This document shows positions 37,260 to 50,560 of a stretch of 64,000 nt of DNA, one piece after another. Below the pieces are notes generated by a model that did no database searches, had not been told where the DNA came from, and saw nothing but the letters and a program-made list of their open reading frames with translations. The translations under genes and the position numbers were made by a program. Source of the stretch: Epiperipatus broadwayi (lineage: Eukaryota; Animalia; Onychophora); the NCBI GenBank assembly GCA_028023455.1, contig JAQFVV010000007.1, forward strand, positions 8,308,001 to 8,372,000, read 5' to 3'. Positions within the stretch are counted from its first letter, which is position 1; each line of letters starts with the position of its first letter.

Positions 37260-40200
37260 TTAATGCTGGCTCATCCATTGCTGGCGTTGGTCTGGTAGAT
37301 GTATGCCAGAGCCATTCTCTGCACTAGCAAGTTGATATATGAGTAAATATGTACTATTCTGTTGGTATTGCCCACCTCTTTTGAGGTTGATCCAATAATG
37401 CTAACTTATCAGCTGGGATACATGTAGTGTGAAATCAATGCCTCTCTAGTAGAATCTGACATGTTGCAACATAGACTACTTCTATGATACACTACAATGT
37501 GGATATATCAGGTCCAAAATTTATATAGAGTCTGTGGGCCATACTAGTAGGCTCCATGTATTATTAAACAAAAATATAGAGGATAGTATCATGTCCTTGT
37601 TTTGAAGACCTTTGAGCTTATTGCAAAATATAGCATTGGGGTCTGGTGTTGGTTGTGTGAACTTTGTCCTGCACCTTGTGTACCACAAAATGTCAGGAAG
37701 ATAGATATCAAATAACTGTAAAGTCTCCAGAGAAGAGACAACCCCTGATGTCCAGGACTGCTATAATGCAGTGTTGAGAGATGACACTTCGAATACTGTT
37801 ATAGCCTGGACATATATTTAACAGATGATTAAAGGTCTCCTCTCCTCTAGAACAGGCATGACAAATTGGGTCTATTTATTTAGAAACCGCTTGTAGTATA
37901 AGAATGTATTAGTTGGCATAGAGCCCATATTCACCTTGATCAGATAATCCAAAAGTTTGGGCTCCAGTAGCAGATATTTAAATATTGTGATTTTATGATT
38001 GCTGCACCCTAGGTGAGCATAAATAACTGTATTTACAGGATTCAGCAGGTGATGTGCCTGCCAGATGTTGATTTTATCATTAAACTCTGTTGTTGAGTGC
38101 CCGATGTATAGAGATTGTTGTTTAATAATGGTGTCAAGCCATGTGTGTTTACTGGGGGGGGGGAGGTCTGTTAGTAGGTATTACAGTCTCTATAATATCT
38201 GATAGAGGGTATTTTTTCCCATGTTTACTAAAAGTGAATGCCCTTTTTGGAAATTTATTGTCAGTATTGAATGAAGACCCATCCCGTTCTGTCTCCTGTG
38301 AAACTGAAGTCTGAGGATGCTAATTGCAGTGGTCTGACCTCTCCATAAGAGCTGACCACAGAGCCTCTGAATTTGTAAGCTGAATGATTTGGTAACTGTC
38401 ATTATTGGAAGATAGTAATTTATACTCGCCATAATCTTCATATTAATCAGAGCAATCTTCCCTTGTAGACACAGGTATGTCCTTGACAGCAACTGAACCA
38501 TCTTAGTAGCATTGCTTATGATGGATTTTTGTAGGCAGACAGACATAGCAGTCTGTGACTTGAAGATAGGGAACCCCAGAAAACACTGAGGTTCCACTAA
38601 AAAATTGGATAGTATTTTTCTACCAGTGTTGATGCACCAGGATGATGACTTGTGAGGATTGATGGATAATTTATAATCTTTAGTATAATTGGTAATTATG
38701 GAATGAAGTGTCTTCAGATGTTTACGGGATGGAAAATCACAAGTATGTCATCCATGTATGTGAAAACCTTGATGTTTTTCTTAAGCCGGGGCACATATAT
38801 CCCTGGAAGCTGATCTAGCTCTTTAATCAGAGGGTCAATGTACTTTATGAACAATAGACCACTCAACAGTGATCCCTGTGGTATGGATCTTGAAGGGGCA
38901 AATCCATCTGATTAATGTCCATTTATGGAAATATGAATATGCCTATTATTCAGAAGATTGTCCAATATCTGAATTATCTGTTTTGATATGTCCAACTGAG
39001 ATAGCAATTCAAGAAGAATGTTGACATCTACTGTATCAAAAGCATTGGACACATCCAGCTGAACTGCCACAGGCCAGGATTTTCTGTTAGATCTAATGCG
39101 ATCAAGCAGAATTTTCACTTCACCAATTACAGTCAGCGCTGATGATCCCTTCCTTGCATATTGAGAGGCCGATATATCCTGTAGAATGGCATCCTGAATT
39201 TTTTCTTTCATTATATCCTCCATGACTTTGAACAAAATTGGTGTCATCGATATAGGCCTGATACTGCTAAGAGAGGTAGGATCCCAGTTCTTTTTAATGA
39301 ATGGAACCATGGCGATTGGATATAGGTTAGGAATTACTCTCCTTTCAATGGCGAAGTAGGTTAACATGTTTAATATAATCCTCGCAGTAAAAAAATTTAA
39401 GTGAGTGAACACAAACTTTGGGATAGCATGAATCCCAGGATGAACTGTCAGGGAGACCCTGTAACCTACTAGTGATGACCTGGAGTGTAATACCGTGATC
39501 TGCCTCTCCAGTTGTGCCCACCCACTCCAAGGCAGGGTTTGTGCAGTGACCTAAGAGAAGGTTTTGAAAGTGGTTCTCTATGTGTAAAATCATATTCGCA
39601 TCAGTAAGGCTGCCACCACTGATGAGCAATGAAGTAGGAACCTCCTGTTTCTTTCTGGCCCCCAGAGCCCACCTGAAATAGCCCTGGGTCCAGCAATGTT
39701 GAGCTGGCAGGTAATTCTTTGCATTTTTTGTAGCTATTATCTCTGCTACTGCTGACTGTTTTGATCTGTATGAAGCTTTTAGTTCAAGTAAGTAGTCAAT
39801 GTTGTGATCCTGACCATCGAAGTTTTTAATTTTCCACTTCAGGCTGTCCAATTCACACATCAGTGTGGTTGTTCCCTTAAGCTTGAAGGTGTATTGAGTA
39901 ATCAGCGACTGAATAATGCCTATAAATGTAGTCCAGGCCTCGACTGGGTGTAGGTATATGAGGTTTACCTTGTGAAAAAGAATGTAGGCCTCTGAAAAAA
40001 ATGCCTCAGTGGCGTTGGTTTTAGTGAACATTCTGAGATTCCAGTTGACTTTTATTTGTTGAAAGTTGTTCAGCTCTAGGGATGCCATAATTGCAAAATG
40101 ATCCAAAAAGGCTGTCGGTTGCAGTCTAGCCTCTATCCCATAGTGCAATTCAGCTGAGTAGAACATTAGATCAATGAGTGTGCGACTGTTTTTGTATAGA

Positions 40201-40735
40201 ATGAAAATGCATCAGGTGGAAAGAATCCCCTCTCATTGAGAAATACTTTGTTGAGTAGGGGTAAATATTTCTTTGTGAAGGACTCATAGGAGATGTTAAA
40301 GTCACCGAGCAGAATGATAGGTGCATTGTTATTATTAGTAATTAGGTTAGTTGTGTGAACTATTTTCAGCAGTGTTGCATGAACATTGGGGCTGTATACA
40401 TAAATCACATTGAAAGTATTCAAGGGGAAGGTAAACTCCATGGCAATTAGGTTCTGATCTAGATAAATTATTCTGAAGGAGGTTGGAGCCAGAAAATTAT
40501 TTATTATTACCCCAACTCCTCCCCTAGCAGCATGACCTGTAGATAAATGGGTGAATCCTATTTTTACTAAGTTCTGATTTTATGAAGTAGTTTGAGTCTA
40601 GGTGATATTTTGTTTCCCCTATGAACAACGTATGTGGTGAGTTTTGCTTAAAGAAATGCCTGATGGCATTAATATGACCGAGGGAATTAATACTCGGACA
40701 TTGACAGCAGAGATTAAACATTTATTATTATCCAT
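37260..40735 (-). pseudogene. ORF2: APE endonuclease + reverse transcriptase, frameshifted
   Basis: EN motifs VNVR.INS...LFIGETK, VIYVYSPN, ILLGDFN, LIDLMF, LDHFAI. RT motifs IRPISMTPILFKVME, LDVSNAFDTVD, IPQGSLLSGLLF, YMDD, FLGFPI. The Tx1/L1-type post-RT segment is LQGKIALIN...LLWRG...QNGMGL. Confidence 0.93.
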
Positions 40736-43700
40736 TGCAAGGTGGCCTGCTAGATTCCACTGCAGGTGGTTTCAATGAAGTATCAGCAGACTCTTTTTTA
40801 TTAATTTCCTTGTGGATGTTTGGAGGGATGTTTTAAATCTGAAGTGGGGAGATCCACAGGCAAACCATTGGTAGGATAACTAGTTACCAAATCAGATGGA
40901 AGATTAATCTTATGTTTTTTTTTGTGGCTCCTTTATGCTTATTGTTCATTGCATTTGATATTGTGGGTTTAGACTTTTGCCTCAGTGGGAATGCCATCTC
41001 TTCTTCTCCTGAGCTAGGACTAGATACAACCCATGGTTTTCTTTTATGACTGGTGTTAGAAGGGATGAATCTCTCCATCTCATCAGCAGACCAGGAAGTG
41101 GCAGAATCTACCGGTGTTTGGTAAGGAGTGATATTTTCATTAGTCACAGCTATCAGTGTGTCACTAGGACTTGGTGAGATGTTATATTTACCTTGGGTGG
41201 AGTTAGGTTTAGGTATTTCCATCTTTTTTTTGGCTTGATTTGATCTTGGTCTATATTGTTTTCACCAGCCTTATTACCAGACACTGTGACTGAGCTGAAA
41301 CCTAGGCCTTCATGCAAATTCCTAGGTTCATTATTGTGGGAATCTTTTGTTTTGATTCCAACGGCCTTTGATTACTGTTTTGGTGACTATTGTTATGTGA
41401 TGTGTTATGTTTGTAATCCTGATTACTGTTAATTAAGGAGGGCTGATTGCTTTCATGTATTAGGCTACTTTTTTTATTTGTATGCTTTAAGTTGAGTTTA
41501 TCCTGCTGTTCTACATTGTTGTGTTGTGCATTCGGTTGTTGTGAAGCATGTTGCTCCTCCGGAACTGAATGAGAAGTCTGTTGTTGCCTACATCTGTGAG
41601 TGCAACCTTTTTTTTTGACCACAAGATGTTCAATGTGATTCAAACACTCGTTAGTCAGGTGTGTTTTTTGTCCACAGTAGAAGCACTGTGGCCTAACACC
41701 TGAAAAAGATGATATCATGGGACAGCCTCTAGCCAAAAACACTGTTGGAATATCTGTTGGCACTATTCCCTTTTTTAGGAGCAGTCTAAATGTTGCTTTG
41801 TTCGAGAGAATGTTGTTAAATGTTTTGTCAATTGGAAGTTAGGTGAAACTAGTCACCTTGCCAAAGGGTTCGAATATCTCTTGTAAATAAGATTCACCTA
41901 TTCCTGTAATGCAATCTTTTATTGACCTATTTAGAGTGGATGATCTGTTTATATCTAGTTACTATGATCTTATCATCCAATACTTTAAATTTGCTTTTAA
42001 AGTTATTCCTACCAGCCCAGGTCTTGAATTCGACTGCTATATAGCAGGCATTCAGATGGGTAGAGATCCTTTGTATTTCGTTTGCAATATTTGCTCTTCT
42101 AATTAACTCAAATAAGGCATTCATTGGAAATTTAAACAGAGCACACTTTAGGTCCATTACCGCTAGTATAATACTCTTATCATTGCTATAATTAGCTAGT
42201 GATTTCAGAAGCATGTTTGGAATAGGTTAAAATTTGAAACAATAGTATCCATTTGCTCCACTGAAAGTTGATTTAGTGTAATGTTACTTTCAATTGGATC
42301 CACTTGAACCAGATCATCTGCATGGTGTGATTGCTGTTCTATCAACTCAAGAATGTCCATTCCCACAGTTTTTTGATTTGCATTGCTGCCTTGGTGATCG
42401 ATATTGTGACCTGCAGGAAGAAAAGGTTGGCCATTGCTAGAGTGGTTAACTGACCCAGCTTGAGTTATTCCAGCCTGAGCTGCACTAGCATATGACATAG
42501 GAAGTGTGAAATATTTAATTTCATCAGCAGGGTTAGTTTGCAGTTTAGTAAAATTTGCATTATTTGTGTGTGCGAGATTTAACAAATTATGATCAAGTTC
42601 ATCTTGTTTTCCCATCAATAAGGTATGTTTGAAGTGACAGGAGGGGAGACATTATTGTGACAAGTGTTGAGTGGTTGATGACCAGCTATGGTATGAGATT
42701 CTAATGGATATTCAAATGATTGTGTTTGTAAATTATTTTTATTTCTATTTAGATAGTGTATTTCTTTGAGCCATCCCGAATTATTTCTAGTGCTGTTATG
42801 AAAAATTAAACTGGGAAATGATTCACTATCTATTTGACTATGATTAGATAGTAATTTTGTGCTTGGATGCTTATCATCCGGGCTTAATGCAAGAGGATTT
42901 GTATATACAGTTTTATTAGCTTTTGGCTTATATGCATTCATAATGTTCATTTTGTCTTCTGATGTGGAAGAAAACAGTCAGCATCATCAGCTGTTCACCA
43001 AAAATGGGTTGATTTTGAGTTAGCTGGTATGTTAGTATATTTTGGGGCAGGATTTTGGATGTTTGATGACTCCAACTGGGGTTGGATTTAGGTGTATTGT
43101 GCGACTCCCGGTTATTAAGTTTTGTTTTGCAGCCATTGGCAGTACCATCGCCTTCACGTGTACAATTGACATATTCCCAGATATTGATGTATTAAGTATG
43201 GAAAGGTTTTTTTTTTGCAACATTATTTCCTTTTTCCTTTTCATTAGATTCCGGATTATTCCTATTATGACCTGATTTATTGAGATTGTCTAATTTACAA
43301 TGATTTTGCTGACAGTTATGCTCATCGGGAGTCTCATAATTGATATATAATGTTGGCGTAATTATGCTGGTCTCTGTTACGTTAGTTCCAGAGCATGAGT
43401 TATTGGCATTATCAGAATTGAGATTTATATTTATTTCAACTCTGTCTTCTATTGTGACTTCATTACTATTAAAGGGGATTGCCTCATCAGATAGAACTTT
43501 AGTTTTATTTTGATTTGAAATATTAGGTTCTGTTTCATAATTGCTCTCACTGATTTCAATTATTTCTATGATATGTTGTGTGTCTCCGCTATCGCTATTA
43601 CATTTATTAAGAACCTTAGACTTAAGCTTTACGTTCGTATTTTTATTCGCACTGTTAATTCTATTGCTTCTATGTTTTGTCACTTCAACTACAGTGCCAG

Positions 43701-44699
43701 TCATATCAAAGCATGGCGAGCAGTAATCTAAGGTGATGCCGTCATTAATTATTTCATTTGACTTTCCGGTGTCCATTTCTAGAGGTTTTTTATCAGTGTA
43801 CTTTTTTTTCCCTCTCAATACCATTATTATTAATTTTGTAGCAGGTTTTTTTATTAGATTTTTTAAATAATCTAAGCGACTGTTGTTTCTTCTTATCATG
43901 ATTCATTTTTTTATACTTGGTAAATGCATTGGAGCTGCTGGCTGTATCATCGCTGACTTTCACCAGAACATTAGCCGTGATAGGAACTAATTTATCTGTA
44001 AGCAATCTTTGATTTCTTTAATTTTGGGGGAGTTTGAACAATTGTAACTTTTAATTAATTTCAGACATTTGTTATAGTTAGTCTTAATATTACATGAGCT
44101 TCTCATGGAATGTATATAAAGACTATTTGTTTGCTCTTCCGCAACAGACCCTGTTTTACCGCAATCAAAGTGCTCAGCGTTTTGTGCAGAGCCTAGGTTC
44201 ATGTTATAGTGCAGGCTTGTGGTTACGTTCATATTTATGTTATCTTGCAACTTGTTATTTTATTTATTTTTCCTAAATTAGTTATATTAGACATATTTAA
44301 GGATTGTCCAAAAGACATATTTTGATGTTGATTCAATGGATTTGGTGCTTCAGTAAGATTGCTGCAGCTGGCTGTTTGTATTTCTGCATTAGGCAAACTT
44401 CCAATGAAGTCTCCGGTGTTAATATCTACCATTAGACCTTCAATAATGCCTTCAAGAGGTTTTTTCTGTACGACATATTTTATAGTTTTATTTATTTATT
44501 TTTTATGAAAAGGAAACGGATCCTTTTTTTTGGATCATGTTAGAATACTCCAAGAACCTTTGTTAGATTTATTTTGTATTTTAATTTTCCCATTACTAGA
44601 ATGATTTTGCTTTGTAGTTTGGTCTATGTTAGCCACGTTTATGCACGGAACAAATTTTACATTATAATTCGGATTGTGAGTAACCAAACTCACATCCAT
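40728..44699 (-). pseudogene. ORF1: very long nucleic-acid-binding protein relic (RRM-like region + CCHC knuckle), frameshifted
   Basis: ICITGIGESILQEIFEPFGKV...PTDIPTVFLARG...SFSGVRPQCFYCGQKTHLTNEC at ~42000-41640 is the Tx1 ORF1 pattern. A chain of minus-strand N/S/T/K-rich ORF pieces extends to an ATG at 44699. The stop overlaps the ORF2 ATG (AATGGATAA). Confidence 0.7.
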
Positions 44700-47021
44700 T
44701 TAGATAAAATATAAGAACCACTTACCTTAAACAATTTCAAGGCCTTCTTTCCGATGGTTATAAATTTGGGGAATCTTTAATAAAAAAACTTTTGGGAGCT
44801 CAGGAAGATGCTTCCTACTCAGACTAGGGTAGGTGGCGTAATGTGTTTGTTTGTTCATGTGTTTCATTTTCAATCTGTCCTCATTATTATTTCTGCCAAA
44901 CATCTCCCTGTACTTTGTTGAGTGATCTGCAAACTCTGTATTGCTATTTTCCTAAGTGTCCATGTCTCAGATGCCTAAGAAAGAAGTGATAAAACACAGC
45001 TATCAAAAAATCTTTCTTTTCAAATATATAGAAATATTTCCTTTCAATATTGTTATTTCTACCAAAGGGTTTCATCCTATATAATTCTTTGATCAATAAC
45101 ATCCATTATGTTTCCATCTGTGTAAATAATCTAATCAAAAGGTCTTCTAATTCATGATTTATCAATCTTTACTTTTCTGAGAAAATACATCAGTCATTGT
45201 TTTAGTCTTTTTAACATTTATTTTATCATGTGCATATTATACAATAAATTTCCCACTTTACTTCCAAACAAAATCCATGCAATTTTTTTACTAATTAGTT
45301 TTTGAGATTTGAACATTAGCTTACCACATGACTAAAAGTTCTATGACAACTACCTAGAGGCACACAGTATTAATATTAAATTATCAAGTAATTATACTTT
45401 ATTACTGCTAGTGACACCTATGACTAGATATTGTTGGGGTGCTCTTTAGAAATACATGCAAGCATGTCTCACTGTGAACTATTAGCTACTTTGTCTAAAT
45501 TTATTCTGTCAATATATATTTGATGTTGCCCTTCTCAAAAACTGATCATAGGAATATAATTTTTTATTCAGGATCAACCTAAATCATAAAAATAATTACA
45601 AGTTGTCAGAAAAAAAGTTAACTGCATCGAAACATGATTAGAATAATTTTTTTAATTATTATTTAAAATTTCTCATATTAAATTTGTTTTTAATTCAACC
45701 CTTTTCTCACTCAAAACACTTCTATAGGTCAAAAGGTATACGTAGTTTTAAGGCTTTTTTGAATTTTTATGGAGTTCAACTATAAATCTTTCTTCCCATA
45801 AAACCAAACCCCACTGAAAAATTAAATATATTTAGTTTATGATACATACGTATTAGACCTACCGCCCGTGTTTGTACGGCAGAATGCTTTTAACAATATA
45901 AAAAGTATAAATTTGTATACAATCTATAGTTTGTATACCTTAAAATACATTTATACATTGTACTATTAATAATATATATATACTTTAAAATAAAGAATAC
46001 GCTTATAGTTATGCCAGCTTGAAGTTTTTATATGGCAGTTATTAAAACAATCAATCAAAACAATACTTTGCAATTTTCTCTGGATAAGTTTTCGAATTAG
46101 TAATGATTGGAATAATGATAGACTATCTATATTTCATTTTATTAATCAACCTATCGCTCTATTTATTTTCAATTTCTTAAACTATTATTTTTAATAATTT
46201 ATTATATTATTGTTTTTGTAAACCAGAAAACAGTCTTCGATTTTTTTAAAAAAAAATTATTTTATAATAATTCTACTCCTTTATGGTCATTTATATTTAA
46301 TTTCATATTTTGAATTACTGATGGATGTTTTTTGTTTTTCTTTCCATTAAATTATTTACTAACTTAACTTTTTGTTGGGGTTTTTTTTAATATTAAAAAT
46401 CAACAATTAATAAACACACAAAAAAAACATAACACAGTGAAAAATAAACTTGAAGTGAGTATTAGTAATAATAATAAAGAAAGAAATAGTTATTGTTAAA
46501 TTAAAATGTAGTATAATGCACAATTATGATATTTATGAATACAATAAAAGCAATATCCTGTGTGTGACGTCAAAAATGAAAGAAATGTACATCATCTCTA
46601 AAATGAAAAATGTGATGACTGAATTCGATTATTGTGTTCATCCCATAAATTCCGATACTCAAACATTTCTTCATATTCTAAGCAACTGAAGATAGGATTT
46701 CATTTTTTAAAATATTAAAAGGTTATATAAGTAATCAAGAGTTCAAAAACATTACAATACCAGAAGTGATAGAATTGAAGCCTCAACATACCACTAAATC
46801 ACACGGAGTAACTAACTTCGAATAGATGAACAAAATATAATAGATTAAGGAATTGAAAATATATTAAGCCAATAATTATCAAATAAGAAAGTAATATATC
46901 AAAAGAAAATGGCAATTATAGAAATGTTGTTTTTGTAGTCAAAACAAAATGCAGTTTCAAGAAATAATGAGTGATAATTAGCTATTTAGTAGTATGTAAT
47001 AGTTAATATAGACAATGTAAT

Positions 47022-47257
47022 GTATTTATAAAATGGTTAATTCATTTATAGATTTAATGAAATATATATATATAACCCACCCACAAAACAGTATTTGGCT
47101 TTTACCATTATCAGAGCAGGTTTGGGTTCAAAGATAGAAGTATTTATAAAATGGTTAATTCATTTATAGATTTAATGAAATATATATATATAACCCACCC
47201 ACAAAACAGTATTTGGCTTTTACCATTATCAGAGCAGGTTTGGGTTCAAAGATAGAA
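47022..47257 (+). repeat. Exact 118-bp tandem duplication
   Basis: GTATTTATAAAATGG...CAAAGATAGAA at 47022-47139 and 47140-47257. Confidence 0.95.
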
Positions 47258-47451
47258 GTAAAGAAATAAAAAAAGTTAAATGTTATTTTTTGATGTATAA
47301 CTGCATTATTTCCAGCTTTAAATATCAAGTTTCAGTAGAAAAGGCAAAAACCAAAAATGAGTCTGGGGGGGGGGGACATTTAAATGCAGTATCATCTAAT
47401 ATTTATTGATTATTCAAACTTCCTATAGATGTCACTGTGGTAAATTATGTA

Positions 47452-47789
47452 AGGAGATAAATAGAAAATATTAGGCATTTGTTAATTGAATGTAAATGTA
47501 TGAAAACAGAAAGGGTACATATAATGAAGTTATGGAAGAATAAACATGAAAAAAGTGATTATACAGAAAATAAATTATTGGTTTTTATGCTGGGTTTGGG
47601 AAAAGATAAGGCTATAGAGTTGACAAAGATTATGTTGTGGAAATGGGATGGAGCAGAATATGGGAAAACTTAGAATGGGCAATGGAAAATTAAGTGGCTA
47701 ACAGGTTTATTTGGGCATAATTGCTTAGATTTTCTTGACTTCGTTTAAGGAGAAGCCACAATACATCACATCACATCATCACATCACAT
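47452..47789 (+). mobile_element. (CATCA)n-tailed LINE 3' fragment
   Basis: LLIECKCMKTERVHIMKLWKNK...LLVFMLGLGKDK, ending ACATCACATCACATCATCACATCACAT. Confidence 0.85.
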
Positions 47790-48479
47790 GTTTTATTATA
47801 TATTGTGTTAGGCAAAGAATTAAGTGATTTTTTAATTATTATGAACAATCCTAGGTAACTGCCTACAGTTAATAAAGACACGAAAGTATTAAAATATATC
47901 ATTACTGACCTGGAGTTAAATCAACATAACTGTTCAAAAAAATTTGATTGGGTTTAAATCTATAGTATGTTTAAAAATTAGCTAGAATAATAAAATAGAG
48001 TTAAAGATATTCACTATATGCATAACTGCCTTACTTCTAGCTTTGAATTCCAAGCCTGTAAAGATTTGAAAGCTTATTTTTAATATTGCGAATAAATTTT
48101 GATTATTTGTATTATACTTTTATCAATAAAATGTATATATAATTATTAGATGTACCAATGCAGTTAATTAGAAACTCAGATGTCTTTTTTTTTTAATTTC
48201 TTAATATGAGATATTTTAAGTTTACTTTATTTTTCTTAATAATCTTTTTAATAAACTAATTAAAGGTCTGCCCATCCCTCACATATGATGTAAAAATGGA
48301 TTATTCTCCTGTACATGAGGGATCAGAATGACTAAATGTCAACATGGGTAGGATGACAACCTTGGCACTAACATGGGCTTTGAAAGTTCCATCATCAGAT
48401 TTTCCATGAAATGGAAGGCTGAAAAATTGTGAGCTGGAGTAGTTTGAGGCCTGTGCATTAAAGTATGAAGATTGGCTAT

Positions 48480-48680
48480 CTTAATATAAAGCTGAGCACT
48501 CATTGTATATATGTGTGGAGATAGTAATCTGGACCAATTGATGACTGCTGGTTTAGGATGAAATACATATATTTGTGGTTATTTATCTTTCCAACATGTG
48601 TGTGATCAGGTGAGTCAGCAATATGAGAGATGGCTTGGAGAGTTGAGGGTCATGTAAAAGTCTGAGTTCGAATCCTGCAT
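48480..48680 (+). mobile_element. Hammerhead-bearing short repeat, subfamily A
   Basis: GGACCAA-TTGATGA-CTGCTG-GTT-TAGGA-TGAAA-TACATA-TA-TTTG, with a perfect B-box-like GAGTTCGAATCC at 48664-48675. Confidence 0.65.
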
Positions 48681-49789
48681 ACATTATATATATATATGTG
48701 TTTAAGCCTGTATAGTGTATTAATTTAAACTAATTATTGTTGAAAATATTTTAAATTTGCTAAAATGTCTTTTCAATTGAAAGTTACATATATATGTAAA
48801 TGAAAATTAATATTTAATCATCTTATTATTATGTTTAATCCTCAGTATCAAGATTAAAAATATTTATAATAATATGGATTGACTATTTTGAATATTCTGC
48901 TTAGCTCAAAAAAAAAAAACATTATAAAACAACTTAATGGTCTCTTACGGACGGATTACACTACAGCTGGAAAACAGAAATTTTGTCAAATAATATATTA
49001 AATGAATCTGTTGCACATATAAAATTTTCACAAGATCATAAACTAGTTATATTTTCAGAAGTTAAAATAATATGTGATTCAAGAAAATACTAAGAAATTT
49101 GCTATTTGTTCTTTTCAAGGATCTACTACTACTCACTCAAATTTTGGATGTTCGAGTCTCTCATGTTAATCAGGTGTAAAAGTGTCTTACTAATGTGTCA
49201 CCCATAAAATTAAGCTGACTGGATTTACAAACTGAAGCATCTGAACCAGTTGTCACTTGATTAAAAGCATACTTAGTAATCTTTGTTGTCAGAGAATATT
49301 GCAAAAGTTTATGAATGATCAATGGGTTAAAACTATAGAAGGTGGTACAATCATTTGGTAATCACATCATTTTAGATCATTTGATAATAATGCTTGCTTC
49401 TACTCATAAAACAGTATCATAAATCTATAAATAAATAAAAATATGTATATTGTTCTGGAATTTATAAGAAGTATGAGTACCAGTCAGAATAATAAGGAAC
49501 AACAAAATCATGGATCTAAAGCTCTAATTTCATTGTTGTACTTAACCACAAAGGCATAATAATGGAATGAAACTCTTATATATGATTATTATGATAATTT
49601 AACCAGATAGATGATACAATTAGAACATTTTTGATACTTGTACAATGAGTCAAATTATTTATTTTAGTTACAGATATTCTATCTAGTTACATAGATATTG
49701 ATGAGGATATCCACATTGATAAGCTAACATGATTCTTTGTAAACTAAAAATGAATAAGTTGAAGATAATGAGAAAGTATTGGCAAAGTT

Positions 49790-50560
49790 ATAAAATATAA
49801 TATAATGGTGATACACAAGCTTTAAAACAATTGGAATTTTTTAGAAATACATGTATCCATACACTCACACCAACTGTTCCAAAGATGTTTCTACTGTTCC
49901 AATTTATAAAAACAATAAAAAAATATTCTATGATTACTATGGAGCATTATTATTACCCACTACAGTAAAAACATATTTAAAAATTGTATTGAATACTTGT
50001 TTCCAGTCACAGTCAAGCATTTCTAAAGCCGTGCAGTTCTGCAAGATAAAATAAAAATCAATATTGACATAGTTTTGTGATGAACAAAGGTCTGATTTAT
50101 ATTTCATCTATCAATGCATTTACCATAGTTAAATAAAAAAAGAGTATGTCTGACAATATTTCAAATAAACTACTTAACAACTAAAGATAATTCATATTAT
50201 ATGCTTCCATATGAAGACATGAAAAGTGATATTATCGGGGGGGGGGGGGTCTGAGACAGAGGAAATTCTGAGCCATTTGAAATAAAAACCCTTGTTCAAA
50301 CAGAGATGTGTTCTGACTGTGGTATTCCAACTTCAAATATTGGGTTTTGAAACAATTAAACAAAACCAAACGATTTACAAAAAGTTTGAGCACCAGAAAT
50401 GATAAATTGGGTTATAATCTGTGAACCTCAAGTTCTAAGAATAACCAATCTACCATTGTGATAATCCATGTAGGCAATGTAATAATTTATTATTTGGGCT
50501 CCATAAAATGTTCAAGGAGAAATCTGGTTGTGATTCATATATTTAAGCATCAAAGATGAA
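49790..50560 (+). pseudogene. Highly decayed RTE-like reverse transcriptase fragment
   Basis: TVPIYKNNKK...YYGALLLPTTVKTYLKIVLN (RT domains 1-2) and SEPFEIKT...KQRCVLT (motif B' region). Confidence 0.5.

Larger units (their letters stand above)
37198..44843 (-). mobile_element. Full-length decayed non-LTR retrotransposon of the L1/Tx1 clade
   Basis: Flanked by a 15-bp TSD with one mismatch: TGTTCGTTTGTTCAT (37183-37197) / TGTTTGTTTGTTCAT (44844-44858). The 3' end is A-rich with AATAAA. ORF1 and ORF2 relics are in canonical order. Confidence 0.88.

Noticed and set aside
45850-46700. Helitron-like start (TATTAGACCTACCGCCCGTG...TACGGC)
   Set aside because: No matching 3' hairpin or CTRR end could be located.
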